Source of the DNA: Antedon mediterranea
Lineage: Eukaryota > Animalia > Echinodermata
Assembly (NCBI RefSeq): GCF_964355755.1
Contig: NC_092680.1
Coordinates: 20,159,045-20,223,044, forward strand
DNA length: 64,000 nucleotides
Direction of reading: 5' to 3'
Shown here one piece after another: positions 38,694 to 51,800 of the stretch. A program made the position numbers and the translations under genes. Within the stretch, counting starts at the first letter, position 1. Each line of letters starts with the position of its first letter. The notes under the pieces are model-generated. The model saw nothing but the letters and a program-made list of their open reading frames with translations, was not told the DNA's origin and ran no database searches.

Positions 38694-39984
38694 AGATGTA
38701 TTGTCCCCCAAAATCATGAAAAATAAAGATTTATAAGATCAGACTTTTAATAACCCATTTTGCAGTTTAATGTAGTTAAGAAATTATTCACTTCCATAGA
38801 AGAAAAAAGAACAAACATAATTATTTCACTTATATAAATCAAAAGAAACAGTTTATTTTAACCAAAAACCATTGTCTGACAGGCAATGTAAGTATTTTTT
38901 GCTTTAAATTACATTTGTTTTCAGGTAAATAATTGTTTTTCGATCCAGTTTTTGGTCAAAGTGGATAACTGTTCAAATAATAATAATAATAATAATAGTA
39001 ATAAATGAAAACTTATATAGCGCCGGTATCCTCCACCCATGTGGCGCTCATGGCGCTTTGTGCATTAACAACGTGCGAGAACATCAGCGAATAGCGACGT
39101 CTTTAGGTTGGTCTTGAAACTGTTTAGACTAGTTGAGCATTTAACTGTTGCTGGTAAGCTGTTCCATACACTTGCGGCCGCAACGTAAAAAGATCTCTGA
39201 CCCCACTGATTTTTCGCTCTACGCTCTTGAAGAAGGTTTTGTGACAATGATCGTAGGCCTCTGCGGGATGATTCGTAACGATCCACAAGGTCAGATAAAT
39301 AAGCAGGAGCACTGTCATTTAGGATCTTGAATACAAACAACGCAAGTTTGTACTTAATACGTTGTTGAACAGGCAACCAATGCAAATCCATCAGGACAGG
39401 AGTTATGTGAGCGTTTGATTTTGTATAAGTTACAATTCTAGCTGCCATATTTTGCAAGCGCTGCAAACGTTGTATTTGAGATTTTGGTATGCCAAACAAC
39501 AAGGCATTACCAATGTCAATTTTAGAAGTGACAAATGAGTGTACAATCAATTCAGCTGTTTTCTTGTTAAGATTACCGCGAATACGACCAAGGTTCCTAA
39601 TCGATATGCATGCTGCTTTGGATACAGTTGTTATTTGTGCTTCCATAGTGAGATTACTATCCAGCATGATTCCCAGATTCCGGACCACCGATGAGGGAGC
39701 GATGTTAGAGTTTCCGATTCTGATATGTGTGATGTTGATTTTGGAGATGTTACATTTAGACCCGATGATAATAAACTCTGTCTTTCCATCATTCAACTTT
39801 AGGTAATTTGTTGTCATCCAATTGCGAACATCTTCTATACAGGCTTCCATCTTACTGATTGCTGCAGCAACATCCCTTTGCACTGGATTTACTGACACAT
39901 AAATCTGTGTATCATCTGCATAGAAATGGAAATGGCATATTCAACACAAAATAATGAAAAAATGTTTAAGGGGACAATATATCT
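38694..39984. mobile_element. Kolobok-like MITE (TTAA TSD) carrying a nested L2 fragment
   Basis: ttaa|AGATGTATTGTCCCC ... GGGGACAATATATCT|ttaa; same terminus as 48333. Confidence 0.75.
38976..39935 (-). mobile_element. 5'-truncated L2/CR1-group LINE (RT C-terminal part)
   Basis: HFYADDTQIY...WMTTNYLKLNDGKTE...VRNLGIMLDSNL...LHWLPVQQRIKYK; 3' end gcgctatataag followed by an (ATT)n tail. Confidence 0.9.
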
Positions 39985-40608
39985 TTAAATGTATTTATTT
40001 AGTATGTTCTATTTTCATCATTGTCAAACATTATAAACTTTTTAGATGAAATTTCATTGCAATTTGTTAATCTGTGTTTCACTGAATAGTTCACATGATG
40101 CTTCATACTGTAACATGATAAAATAACATTGTTCATAGGCTTTAAAAAAAATTCACATTTAGAAAACATATTTAAATATTGATAAAAAATGGATAAAATA
40201 TTTATTAATATTAAATCACCATTGCTGCATCATATACTAAAACCTGGACTGAACTTTTTTTTATCAAAGCTAAACCCAGACAATTATAATATCTGATAAA
40301 GCAATCTCTATATACACTGTGAAGTTAACATGCTTGTCAATCTCTGGATTTTCTAATGGCCAAAACAGTGCTACTACCTAAGCCTCATTATGAGACACAA
40401 TATTGCCGTAATCCCTTTAAAACTATATAAAATCCTTATGGCATGTAATATTCTTTAAAGACTATCATTAATTAATGTTATAAAGTAGTAGACACCGAGA
40501 TACATCGTCAGCATATCTCTACTAAATAATCAAACCGATGGAATTATCTACATACAGTATTGAAGCCTCCTCTTTGAGCACTCAGTATGGATAACCCAGT
40601 CTTTTTAA

Positions 40609-40772
40609 AGCCTTGTCTACACTATCAAACTTTATGTGATAAAAAAATGTGATGTGCTCATATATGGACATGATGATGTCATATCACTACCATATTTGGG
40701 TATACCTCTACCATATTTGGGCAAATACATTTTTTTTTTGGTCACATAAAGTTTGATAGTGTAGACAGAGCT
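40609..40772. mobile_element. MITE family A, copy 5
   Basis: agccttgtctacactatcaaact ... agtttgatagtgtagacagagct. Confidence 0.8.
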
Positions 40773-41394
40773 TTTCCAAGTAACCATTATAAGATTATAA
40801 AGCAACATCCTTATATCATTGTAAATTCTTCCAATGATATCTTTTTGGATAAAGTGCTTCCATTCTTCATTACAATAGTAAAATTCTTTTAATTCAATAA
40901 AATGTAACATTAAATAATAATTATACAAACAAACAGAAGTCAGTATATCAGAAGAAGTTGCTATTCTGACTCAATATAATTGTCAAGGTCCTGACATGAA
41001 CTCAAAATTCATGTTCTTCTAGAGTACTTTGTTACATCATTTGTAATTCTCCCAAGTCTTTCTGTGTATGTCTTGCATTATAATAGCATCATAACAGAAG
41101 TGTGACCGATCGGGCAAAACATCTGGTATGCTATTTTGTTGTCGACGTGTGACTTTTGTTTCAACACTGTATACAGCAAGTATATTTTTTTATTTATTTA
41201 TACTGTGTGACCTCTTCAGTTAAAGGCTGGTCTCGCAGAGGGTACAGTTATGATCAGTGGCTGTGTGTGGACTAGTACACCAGTGTAACCCCCTACTTGT
41301 CTCCAAAGATGTACTAGGTTCCTTAAAGTGCACATGAGCTAAGATGTGTCCATCCGAGAAGATATATTAGACATCAAACTAATACCATTCAATA

Positions 41395-44300
41395 TTAATT
41401 TTCTAACAATGACCTGACATGACCTGAGAATCCTTGACCTTCGTCCTTTAAGGAACCTCCATGCATTTCTAAAGTTACAGGTATAGGCATCATAGAACTC
41501 TCCACAGTATCAGTATTTCTCTGAGAATTATTAGCAATTTGAGCGAAGAAATCCGTGTTGGTTGGCATGGTACTGGAGCCCGAAACGTTTTCGGCATTTG
41601 GTGACAATTGATCATCAACCGAGTCTAGTGATTCAACTTCGACCGAAGCATCTGAGGCCTGACCACTTGTTATTTCTGATTAAAGAAATATGAAAAATTT
41701 AAATAACTTGAAAGATATACTAGCTTTATAAATTAGCAAGACGAGGAAGAAAAGGGATAGCTATGCTTGATAGATTAAAAAATAACAATACATATTTGGA
41801 ACTAAAAGAAGAAGCACTAAATAAAGAAGCACGAAGAAAGAAGACTGTCATGGACCTGCCAATTGGCAGATGACAAGAGAGAGAGTCTAAATTCACGCCC
41901 GATACTATGGTAGGGTTCGTAGATACAGGAGTGAGTTGTGGCTTGGTGGTTATGATGCTTGGCTACCACTCCAAGTGTCCTGGGTTCAAGTCCCGTCACA
42001 TGTCAGGATTTTTTCTAAGGACCAAATTACTTCAATCCCAAAGACTTGTAATAAGACTTTGTTTATGTAGAGCACCTTGTGTATATGTTTGTCTTGTGAA
42101 CCTCTGAGGGTCCCTAATGATCAGCAATAGCTGGATGGATCACCCTCATTAAATATGGTTTAAAAAAAAAAAAAAAAAAAATTACTACAGGATTAAGTTG
42201 CAAGAGAATAAACACAGTATACTTTACCATTTGTGATGAGATGTGTTTTGCTATACATTTATTGGTTGTCTATTTAGCACTTATCAATTACTTATATAGC
42301 TGTTATCTCTGAGGGTCCCTAATGATCAGCAATAGCTGGATGGATGGATGGATCACCCTCATTAAATATGGTTTAAAAAAAATAATCTTACCCTTTGCTT
42401 TCCTTTTTCTTCTGTTTGCAAACCAGTTGTACACATTCATAGGAGTTATTACTCTATTCTCTGTACATAAATCTTCTGTGGGAATCAATAACATTTAATT
42501 GATAATATAATAATAATAATAGTTTATTCATATAAGCAAGCTCTCAATGTGCTATACATTTTTGTTTGGATCAAACACGTATGGAAACATGCACCCATAA
42601 TAGTGCATCTAGTATTCAGCACAAAGTTGAGTCTTGATTTAACCGGGTATCCATTTTATCCACTTGGGTAGAGAGAGGCAAATGTAAGTGTCTAAGGATA
42701 CAAGCAATACAGAGTTGGATTCCAACCATGATCTCACGATCAGTAATCCAACGTCCAACACATCCTCAATGTACATTATGTATCAATTTGCTGACTTAAA
42801 TTTACAGCTTTCAGATTAATTAGGCCTAATCAAAGAGGCAAACATTTATTTCATCCTGCAACAAGGAAATTACATTGCTTGCGCTGAACAAATTAAAAAT
42901 AATACTAAAAAAAATGTTACAAAGTCAAAAAGTACAAGATATAAAAGATAAAAAGACACTAACCATCAATCGCCTTTTAAAATTATAATTAAATTGTCTT
43001 ATACCCCCAAAGAAGGTGGTTGTGCAAGAGACTGGTGGTCTTAAACGTCTGATACAAATTATGCACCTGTCTTTACAGTGCATTGGTTGGTTTCATCATC
43101 CAAAAATGCAATTGAAAAGTCAATTCAACAAACATGGTTGGTAATTGAGATTGTGAAAATAAGCAGCAGCAAAATAAAGTATATTTTCACATCACTTACT
43201 TACCTACACTATTACTTAAAGAGTTGAGTGTGTCCGCCATGGTGCGCACTTCGTTCATGCTTGGGTAAGCATTCTCTTTGCGATAGGTTTCTAGAACTTG
43301 AAGTTCCTTTTCAGTCCAGTGGAGTCGGTCACGACGACCAAACACAGGTCTTGCTGTCTGACCTACAGTATCAATATGACAAAATGTTATTGTTAATATA
43401 ACATGGAATTCTCCCTAATATAGAAGGTCAAACATTTTATTATTTGATCTAAAGGAAAAATTGGTGAAATAGTGGAATTATACTCTCTGATATTACTTTT
43501 GCTCCGATACAGCATTGGTCTGAAAGCGAACAGTAATTAGTGGATGCTAAACATAGGATTTTACTGTATTCTGTAATATACGGTAACCTTTATATATTTA
43601 ATACATAGATGTATTAAACAACTAGAGTAATGGGTAGTAACGCAGTGCTGAACAAAATCATATGTATTATCACCGTGCACTAGTACAACCAAAATAGGTA
43701 TAGTAGAGCACAGTGCTAAACTAAATTCTATTTATTATCACTGTGCGCAAGTACAATCAAAATTGGTAGAGTAGCGCACAGTGCTAAACTAAATCCTATT
43801 TATTATCACTGTGCGCATGTACAACCAAAATGGGCTAATTTTATATAGTTAATACATAGATGTATTATACAACTAGAGAGCTAATCTTTGTTAATATTAT
43901 TACTACTTACCTTCAACTCTGCTCTGTTGAGATTGAACATTTCCTCGGTTGGATAGGTGGTACCATGTATAGAGAAGCTTAACAGCAACCTTTGTGAGTC
44001 CCCTTCCTGTTAGCAGGTAATGCGACAGTATCCCCTTCTGTATGCCAAGCTCCTTAGACAGCCAGCTTTGTGATATATCATGGCTTAATATAAACATCTT
44101 GATATCTTCCCATAGCTTGTTTGGATCGTGGCTGGTGGAGTGAAAGAAAAGAAAATTAAATAACTAACCCAAATCCTTCAGATGGGACGTACACCTGTTG
44201 GTTCTGTGTACATATAGTGCACGTTAAAGAACTTGGTACACTATTCGCAAAGAGTATGGGATTGTCTCCTGGTGTGCTGATCTGGGTGGTAGTCGCTGCA

Positions 44301-45876
44301 CTGCTGGCTGCCGTGGGTCCGTGGAGCGCCTAATCTGAATTTCCTCAGTTTCCAGTTAAGCTTGAGGACAAATATTAATACCTTTACCTTTATATTTTGA
44401 TTGGCTATTGTTTGTTAATAATGGATATTAACTTTGTATTCACACCTAATCAAGGGCATATGTAGAAATGTGTTTAAGGAGGGTACAAAGTGCATCCAGT
44501 ATTTATTATGTTTTTAGTTAGTATTTTGCAAGTGAACAGAATCCTCCCTTGAAAACTTTGTTTAGCACTACTATACTTTCGCATCCCAATCTCATAAGAT
44601 TAACCCAATTTAAAAACAAATCACCACCTGCGCAGTGGTGATAGTGATTGACTATAAAGTCTTATGCCCAGCGAATTCAAATTTGGTGTGAAAGTACAGT
44701 ACCGACAATTTTTGTTTTAATCACAGATTACTGTGTGTCAGAACGTTGGATACCATAGCTATACAAGTAGTCAACTCTCCCAATACCGGACACCTTTTGG
44801 CTGGTCTAATATGTCTGGTTTTCTGTAAAGTCTGGTATTGGGAATGTGTATTTGTTGTGAGGTAATTTCCCGATTGATCGTAATCAAAACGGTACTGGGT
44901 ATGGTCTACTAGTTTTTCTGCTCCCAACCAGTACATCCATTCATAGAAGCTTTGATGAAGTAAGCCTACCTGGTGGTGGCCATAGAACGGTCCCGAGATA
45001 ACGACTATACTTCGGCTTTAGTCGATAGAAGATTGAATGAATTGTTAGAGATAGAGTATACGATGTTATGATTATGTGTAGATATGTGATTTGTTCTTTT
45101 TATTCCAATGATGTTATGTATTTAATAAATTTGTTATATCAATTAATTAAATTATCGTAGATTGCATATTATGCGATGAATATTATTTAATACATTTTTG
45201 ATATATTATTATTATTATTATTACATTAATAAAAAAGATATTTGTTAGTATAAATTAAAAATATAGATATAAGGAAGAAAAGCAAAGGAAGAAATTGTGT
45301 ATTTAATGGTAAAAATGAATTTGGGACCTTTTGAACCTCAAGAAAAGTCTGGTTTGGGGAGAGTTTCCAGTTTTGTCCAGTCTTGGGAGAGTCCACTGTA
45401 GTTACAACTTGCAATAAAACACACCTTATTAGTCTATTAAATTCAGCTTCAGCTTCTACATCCATTGGCGTTTCTTGACTTGGCACACTGTTACTTACTA
45501 CAAACATATTAGACGGCACTTGGCTTAAGTCAGAACTTCTTGACCCAGCATGCATATTTAGCACAGAACTTTGGTGTTGGACTACGGAACTTGGTATTTG
45601 CACTGGACTTTGAGATGCAGAACTATGCAAGGAACTCTGGTGAGGGTAAGCAGAACTTGAAACAGATTGATTATCGTTGGTTCCTTGATAAACTCTTGGC
45701 GATGGCACTGTGTGGACATCCTTAATCTGGATGCGTTTCTCTGGTGATGGTCCAAGATCGTTGTCCAGTTTCTCCATTGCAGTTATAGCTGCCACCATCT
45801 CTTCTTTCGTCATGCCAGTAGCACGTAGCCGCCGCAGAAGCTCATACTGCTCTATGGTGTAGCGTGGTTGTGACAT
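41395..45876 (-). CDS. HMBOX1-like (HNF-class) homeobox protein, about 398 aa; exons 45876-45425, 44131-43911, 43362-43204, 42475-42392, 41675-41395
   Basis: N-terminus PRYTIEQYELLRRLRATGMTKEE; POU-specific-like DIKMFILSHDISQSWLSKELGIQKGILSHYL...YTWY; extended homeodomain RRDRLHWTEKELQVLETY...YPS...VYNWFANRRK. Total 1197 nt with consistent phases. Confidence 0.85.
41931..42185 (+). mobile_element. tRNA-derived SINE with poly(A) tail and TSD TACAGGA; 3' fragment repeated at 42307-42382
   Basis: A box TGGCTTGGTGG (41939), B box GGTTCAAGTCC (41983), A-tail 42161-42181, tacagga at 41924 and 42186. Confidence 0.8.
42505..42760 (-). mobile_element. Degenerate SINE (CORE/Meta-type) with an L2-like tail
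   Basis: ccattttatccacttgggtagagagaggcaaatgt...tgtctaaggatacaa resembles conserved SINE central domains as recalled; (TAT)n tail. Confidence 0.5.
43600..43878. repeat. Three 68-bp hairpin-containing repeats bracketed by a 28-bp direct repeat
   Basis: c(a/g)cagtgct at 43641, 43709 and 43777, with internal gcacagtg...cactgtgc; aatacatagatgtatta(a/t)acaactagag at 43600 and 43851. Confidence 0.75.
44178..44385 (+). mobile_element. Deu/Nin-domain-like SINE; second copy at about 52015-52235
   Basis: Two diverged copies share gcacgttaaagaac..gtacactatt..aagagta..ggattgt.tcctgg.gtgct and tttcctcagtttccagttaagcttgaggac. Confidence 0.6.
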
Positions 45877-45885
45877 CCTTGTTGC

Positions 45886-46149
45886 ATTCGCTTGAAGTGG
45901 GGTGAAACCCTTGGATAAGAGAAAAATGGAATACCTATAAGTAAGTTTTTTATTTTTAGTTTAGGTGGTTACTGGTTTACTGGCATTTTCAATTATTTTG
46001 ATGCTTGAAAGTATTATTGAGAATATTGAATTCGCTTGAAGTAGAGTGAAACCCTTGGATAAGAAAAAAAATGGAATACCTATAATGAAACTTTTGATTT
46101 TTACTTTAGGCAGTTACTGGTTTACTGGCATTTTCAATTATTTTGATGC
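45886..46149. repeat. About 145-bp tandem duplication spanning the acceptor of the homeobox gene's first coding exon
   Basis: tcgcttgaagt...atggaatacctataa...gaaagtattattgagaata occurs twice; acceptor AG at 45935-45936 and 46080-46081 (- strand). Confidence 0.85.
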
Positions 46150-47682
46150 TTGAAAGTATTATTGAGAATAAGTCTATGTTACTGATAGACCACATTGGTT
46201 TAGTGATAACAGTGAATGTCAATTATATGATGGGATGCTTCAAATTCGGATCATCTAATGTCCTGGGATTTATTTGAGGATATAGTCTATCGGAACAGTC
46301 TACAAAGAAATTAGGTGCATGGTAGACCAAACATGGCGAACATGCATAGTTGACTATGTATAATGATGAATGATACAACAATATTCCACTACATTACACT
46401 TACAGGCATCCGATATTCATTTACCATTTAAAAAAAAAAAAGTAATCACATTCACAGTATTGATGCATTTAATTGTAATAATTAAATTAGACTACTTTAT
46501 AAAATACTTTACCTGTGTTGCGTTGTAGTTTGAAATTGTAGATTTTGTTTCAGCTCAATCTCAAAGCTTAGGCCTAGGCTTACATAGAACTATCTGCCGA
46601 TGAAAGGCAGGCAATCAACCCTACCGTTCACTGACACTACCCTCCCGTTTGTATAAGCTCTAGCCTAGGCCTAGCCTTTTTTTATATTATATAGGCCTAG
46701 CTTATTTAGTCCAATCAAGTTTATAATGAACGAAGTAGGTGCTATATTGTATTATATCACATTGGAGAAGTTAGCTCCAACCTCAAATGTGTTTTAATTA
46801 ATTAATCGGTAATCTCGACCTCCTACTACGTCTATTTTTGTTTGTTGTTGTGAAAAGTTTATGTTTTGGAGAGAGCGCCACCTTTGTTGAGGCCAAAAAA
46901 ATTATGCAGCGCGTGCGGATGGATGTTTCGCGCAGGCAGTGATACGCATTTCCGGTATTGTGCGTAGTGTTTCACTTCCGTTACGCTAACGCGGTTCCGC
47001 TTAGCAACATATCTCTGCAATATTGTACTTGTAGGCTATATACAGTTTTTTCAATTTATAAATCGCATAATGGATAATCAAAAGTCACACGATTATTTTA
47101 AAGCAGCGGATTATGTAGATTAATCAACGACTTTTGTGTTTTTTCCTATTGCTTAAAATGTTATGGTTTTGAATTTAAATCATAAACTGTTAATAATAGA
47201 ATAGGTCTCAACATTCATAATGTTATGAACAATTTATTTATTAATAAATTATTGTATGAGATGGTAATATAATAATATTTTGTCTTTTTCTTTTGGGGCT
47301 GTAGATACACCTTTAGTAGACTGAGTTATTTAATTTTTCTATAACTTAGTGTATAGGTAGGTACGTCATATTTTAGTCACGTGATTACATACTACGACGA
47401 TGTATACGTAAATCATAAAGTTAGATGACAAACAATTCGCACAAACTTGTCAGGCATCTATGCGAAACTTGTTCAACTTGATGCCCCTCGTTATAACTCA
47501 GCCTCAACTCTGCTCATATTTGGATGTTGGAGCAAATAATCAGAATTCAGGACTGCATAGTTGACATAGTTTAACTCGAGCTCTTCTTGAAAGAAAGTTT
47601 GGAAGGCATGCAGCGCGTTTCAATTACCCGTTTTATGGTAACAGTCCCGAATGAGTAATATACGACGTAGCGTACGCCAAAT

Positions 47683-47985
47683 TGATACATCGAATAATTG
47701 ATACATTTGTGCCTGGCTCATCGGAGTTGGCTTACTGTATATTATTATGTTTTATAGACTCTTTTTATTAAGCAAAATTATACCTTAGATGTTATATTTG
47801 ACGAGCAACAATGTCCCACGTTGGACGAATAAAGTTAGGCCCTAATACTTTAGTAATAGTATCATTAGACCCTATGTTATGTACCCGGTTATGTATGATA
47901 CATCGAATAATTGATATATTTGTGCCTGGCTCATCAGAGTAGGCTTATGTATTATGTTATAGACTCTTTTTGATAAGCAAAATTA
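47683..47985. repeat. About 95-bp direct repeat, 2 copies about 214 bp apart
   Basis: gatacatcgaataattgata.atttgtgcctggctcatc...taagcaaaattat. Confidence 0.75.
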
Positions 47986-48332
47986 TGATTATAGAATTAT
48001 GAAATTATGAAACAGTCGACGGTCATCTTAAAATATAAAGTTATCTATCAATCAATCAATGAATATTAACATAAAACATGCATCGTTACGTCATAAATAT
48101 GCATATTAACCTAGAAAATTTGTTAACATGTAAAATTACGTCAAATTGCTAACCGGGGCTGAAATAAACCGTAATTTGTGCATTTTTTATTTTCTGGCAA
48201 CAGGCTGCGGGTGCAAAATTAAATATTAATACTAATAGATAGCGATTACTATAAAGATAGTGATTATGCATCATGACAATTGACTATGTAGAAATCGCAA
48301 AGATAGTTTACCTATTTCCTAAATTAACTTAA

Positions 48333-48860
48333 AGATGTATTGTCCCTTTGACTAATTCCAAAAAAAATATTAAAAAAAAGATTTCGTCATTTTGAAGTAG
48401 GCCTATCATATAGTTATTAACTTTCACCAAAAATTAGTCGAAAAAAAATCATTTAACTGAAATACAGGAGTTTTTTTGCTCAAAAAATAACTTTGACTTC
48501 CAGTAAAAGTTTTCGATCAAAACATATCTCATAATGCAACGCGCTTCTTTGGCTACTCTGTATGCATAATCATAAACTTTCTTGCGATCTGTGTGAAAAC
48601 ACCTTCTCAACCATGACGAGGTGTAAACAATCCTAATTAGCATCATGCATAATGCATACTTGAAATCTTTGTTTACTATTTCGCTTGCGACAATTTTCCA
48701 GACAAAATGTAATCAATTTAATTTACCTGTTAATTACGTAAACTTGTTGTTTTTGGCTCGAATTTTCGGCTTAAAGTGAATAATATTACTTTGATATGGC
48801 CAATTTAAATTTAGAATATTTTGACCTTAATTTGTTTGTGTTTCAAGGGACAACACATCT
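48333..48860. mobile_element. Kolobok-like MITE
   Basis: ttaa|AGATGTATTGTCCCTT ... AAGGGACAACACATCT; partial copy at 31912. Confidence 0.75.
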
Positions 48861-51800
48861 TAACTGTCTCAATATCTTTCAAAATAAAATAAAAACAAAA
48901 TTTATTTCATTTACAAAAAAAATTTACGCAGAGTTTCGAACCCACAAGCTTGCGCTTAGAGTATTAGCGGGAACCTAGCAGCTCTATTTTTTAAAATTTG
49001 CTCAGCCTAAAGTATGGTGGTGTACTGAAGATTCTTATATATTTTCATTCAAAATAGGCCTATATGTATCATTTCCGGGGCTCTTGCAGCTCTATTTTAA
49101 ACACTACAGTTTTGGTACAGGGCCATTCGTTGTTATGCAAATCAGCCTGTGCAGGTGTAGGCCTAATGGGGAAGATGGTTATGCTAGTCCTTCGCGGTCA
49201 ACACGCCACACTGTTAAATTTTGATTTTGTTAATCGTTAGAAGATAATTCTATTCATGTAATGCATATGGCGTGACCCATATAGTTGCAGCTCCCCTATT
49301 TTAGTTTGCAATAATCTCGAGAAGAAGTCCACCCAACAGTACTAAAAAATGTAGGAGCTTCTTTTCGAGGTTTTGGTGGTTACCATGCCAACATCTTTGG
49401 CCTCCATTTATTGAGTGTCAAGCCCAACTCTAACATGAACAAATGAATCACTAATTTCGACTTTAAGAAACCCTTTAATGCAATAAAATTGTACGCTTGC
49501 GATAACTCCGATTACACACTCATATGTTGGTTTAGTCAGTCAGTGGTTAAAGTGTACGTGTGTATTTCTGCGCATGACGTAACAAATTAAAAGTTGTTTT
49601 TTTGTTGTGCAAAGTGTCAACATGGCCTGCTAAGACGGCAGATGTGTGCTAGTGTGTTCAATAGACCGGTTACTCTTTACACAAAACAAAACAAAAAGTG
49701 TCAACAAAACAATAGAATAACGTATAAGCCAAAAAATAATCGATTCTCACACCGTTATATGGCGTAATTCAATTTAAAAAAAAAAATAAAAAATAAATAA
49801 ATTCAAGCTACTTACATTTTTAAATATATCAGATAACATTTTTTCCGTTTATTTTTTATATCAATTTTATATAGTTAATGTAACCCTTGACAATTGTAAT
49901 AATATATAAATTCCGCAATATTCAGCATGTCTGTATATTATTATACTGTATGTAGGTCATAAGTAAATGTTTTTAATAATTGTAAATTTATTTATTTTTT
50001 AAATATACTATGTCACTAAAAAAACAACATGGAGAACATGACCTTTGTTTTTAATTTTAATAATACAAGAGAGAATATACATATTATATGCATATATAGA
50101 GAACTTGTATATATTTCAATAATTTTTACATCTAACTGAAATAAAAGTGGGACGAGCCCATAAAAGACAACACAAATTTGTATATAGTGTTCTTTGTGGT
50201 TCCAAGTTTGTTCGCTGGTGGTAAACAAAGTTCCATACTTAATTGTTCTGATCATGCGCACTAACTTCTATTACACTATTATGGGATAGGCCTACTTTCC
50301 AAAAAGTTTGCACACTTCCACTTTGTGAAGGTCGCGAAACTTGTTGGTAGGAAGAACATATTTACTAGTAGAAAAGTTTGAAATAAAGTTACTTTTTTGA
50401 AAAAATAAAGGTAAGAATTAACAACGAATGAAAAACATTATATATAGAGTTGACATATGACCTTTAATGGTACAATGACCTTGTTCTTAAGAACAGTGTT
50501 AGGCTGAAATTATTACGTACTCTCGTTGGATTCTCGTTAAGTTCGTAGAAGGGTAGAGAAAGAGTGTTCTTATCAGCTTCGTCGCGCCTCTACTCCTGGT
50601 CCACATGGTCTTAGGAACAATTTGCTAACAACGGTGTGTTGTTATTGCTTCCTGGAGGCGGGAAACATTACTGATAACATACGAACTTTTATTATAGGTA
50701 ATGTATAAAGGTTTAAAACATACGCCTCTTCATATTTAGTTGTTGTTGGAAGTTTCGAAATGAATTACACTGTTATAAAAGACTTACCAGGCTTGGGTCG
50801 TACCAATCAATAAGCCTAGCCTACTGTGCAGTAGAGTAAGGGCTTAAAGATTACGATCGAACAAAACAAGCGGTTTTGCGTTTTAAAGTTTATACTTAAT
50901 AATATGGGTTTGGTATTTGCTGTTTTTTTTTTACATTTTACTATATCAGATTTGTTTTGGTTATTTTTATAATATATAATAATAATTGAATCCTGTGCTG
51001 TGAAAACTAAATTTGTATGGTATATCTTGCCTCTATTTTTATACAGACTTGACAAAGGTATCGCATGTGACTGTGAAACTATATCATATTACAAATTACA
51101 ATTGCCAAGGGAGAAAAATTCACAGTTATATGAATAGGCAAAATCTTTAAATCTATAATAAAAAAAGTGGTAAACCTTATTTTTTTAATAAAATCATTTC
51201 TTATTATTAGTCAGAAATCATTAAAAAAAATTTGCTACAAAAAATCTATGTTTAAATTGTTAGTGTATGATAATATTATCTCAATTTATAAGCCGGCCTG
51301 AAGTCGGCCCGACGCCGGCTTTCTTTTTAGCCCGCAATGTGTTTACACTTACCCAAAAAGTCGGCCCCTACTTGTGTTTACACTTGCTCTCGCGGAAGAG
51401 TGCTTGATGATACGATTTCGCTACATTACGTCATATCTGCTCATGTGCACCATCAACCGTCTTAAAAAGTTAATATTATTAGGCGTTGTCGATCTACACT
51501 AGGCCTATCAAACTTTATGAAAAAAAGCATCAGATAACAGTATTTAATATGGATCAAAACAATTGTATTATTGCTTTACTACTAATGTTTGCGTCTCGTT
51601 TTCTGAAGAATAGTAGTAGATCAATTCATCTTCACCAATTTAATTTCAACGAAGAAACTATTTCCGGTAAGTTTCGTAAACTTTAAACTATAATTGACCC
51701 AGAACGTTCATTTTATGACCGTGAGTGTTTACACTGAAGCGTAGTCTAGACTAGGATCAAAATTGCGCCGGCTTGGTTGTTCCCAGGGTGGTTACACTTG

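Noticed and set aside
41931-42000. tRNA gene (also A/B-box-like sequence at about 3570-3632)
   Set aside because: The cloverleaf is imperfect; the first continues into a SINE body with poly(A) and TSD, and the second is too degenerate.
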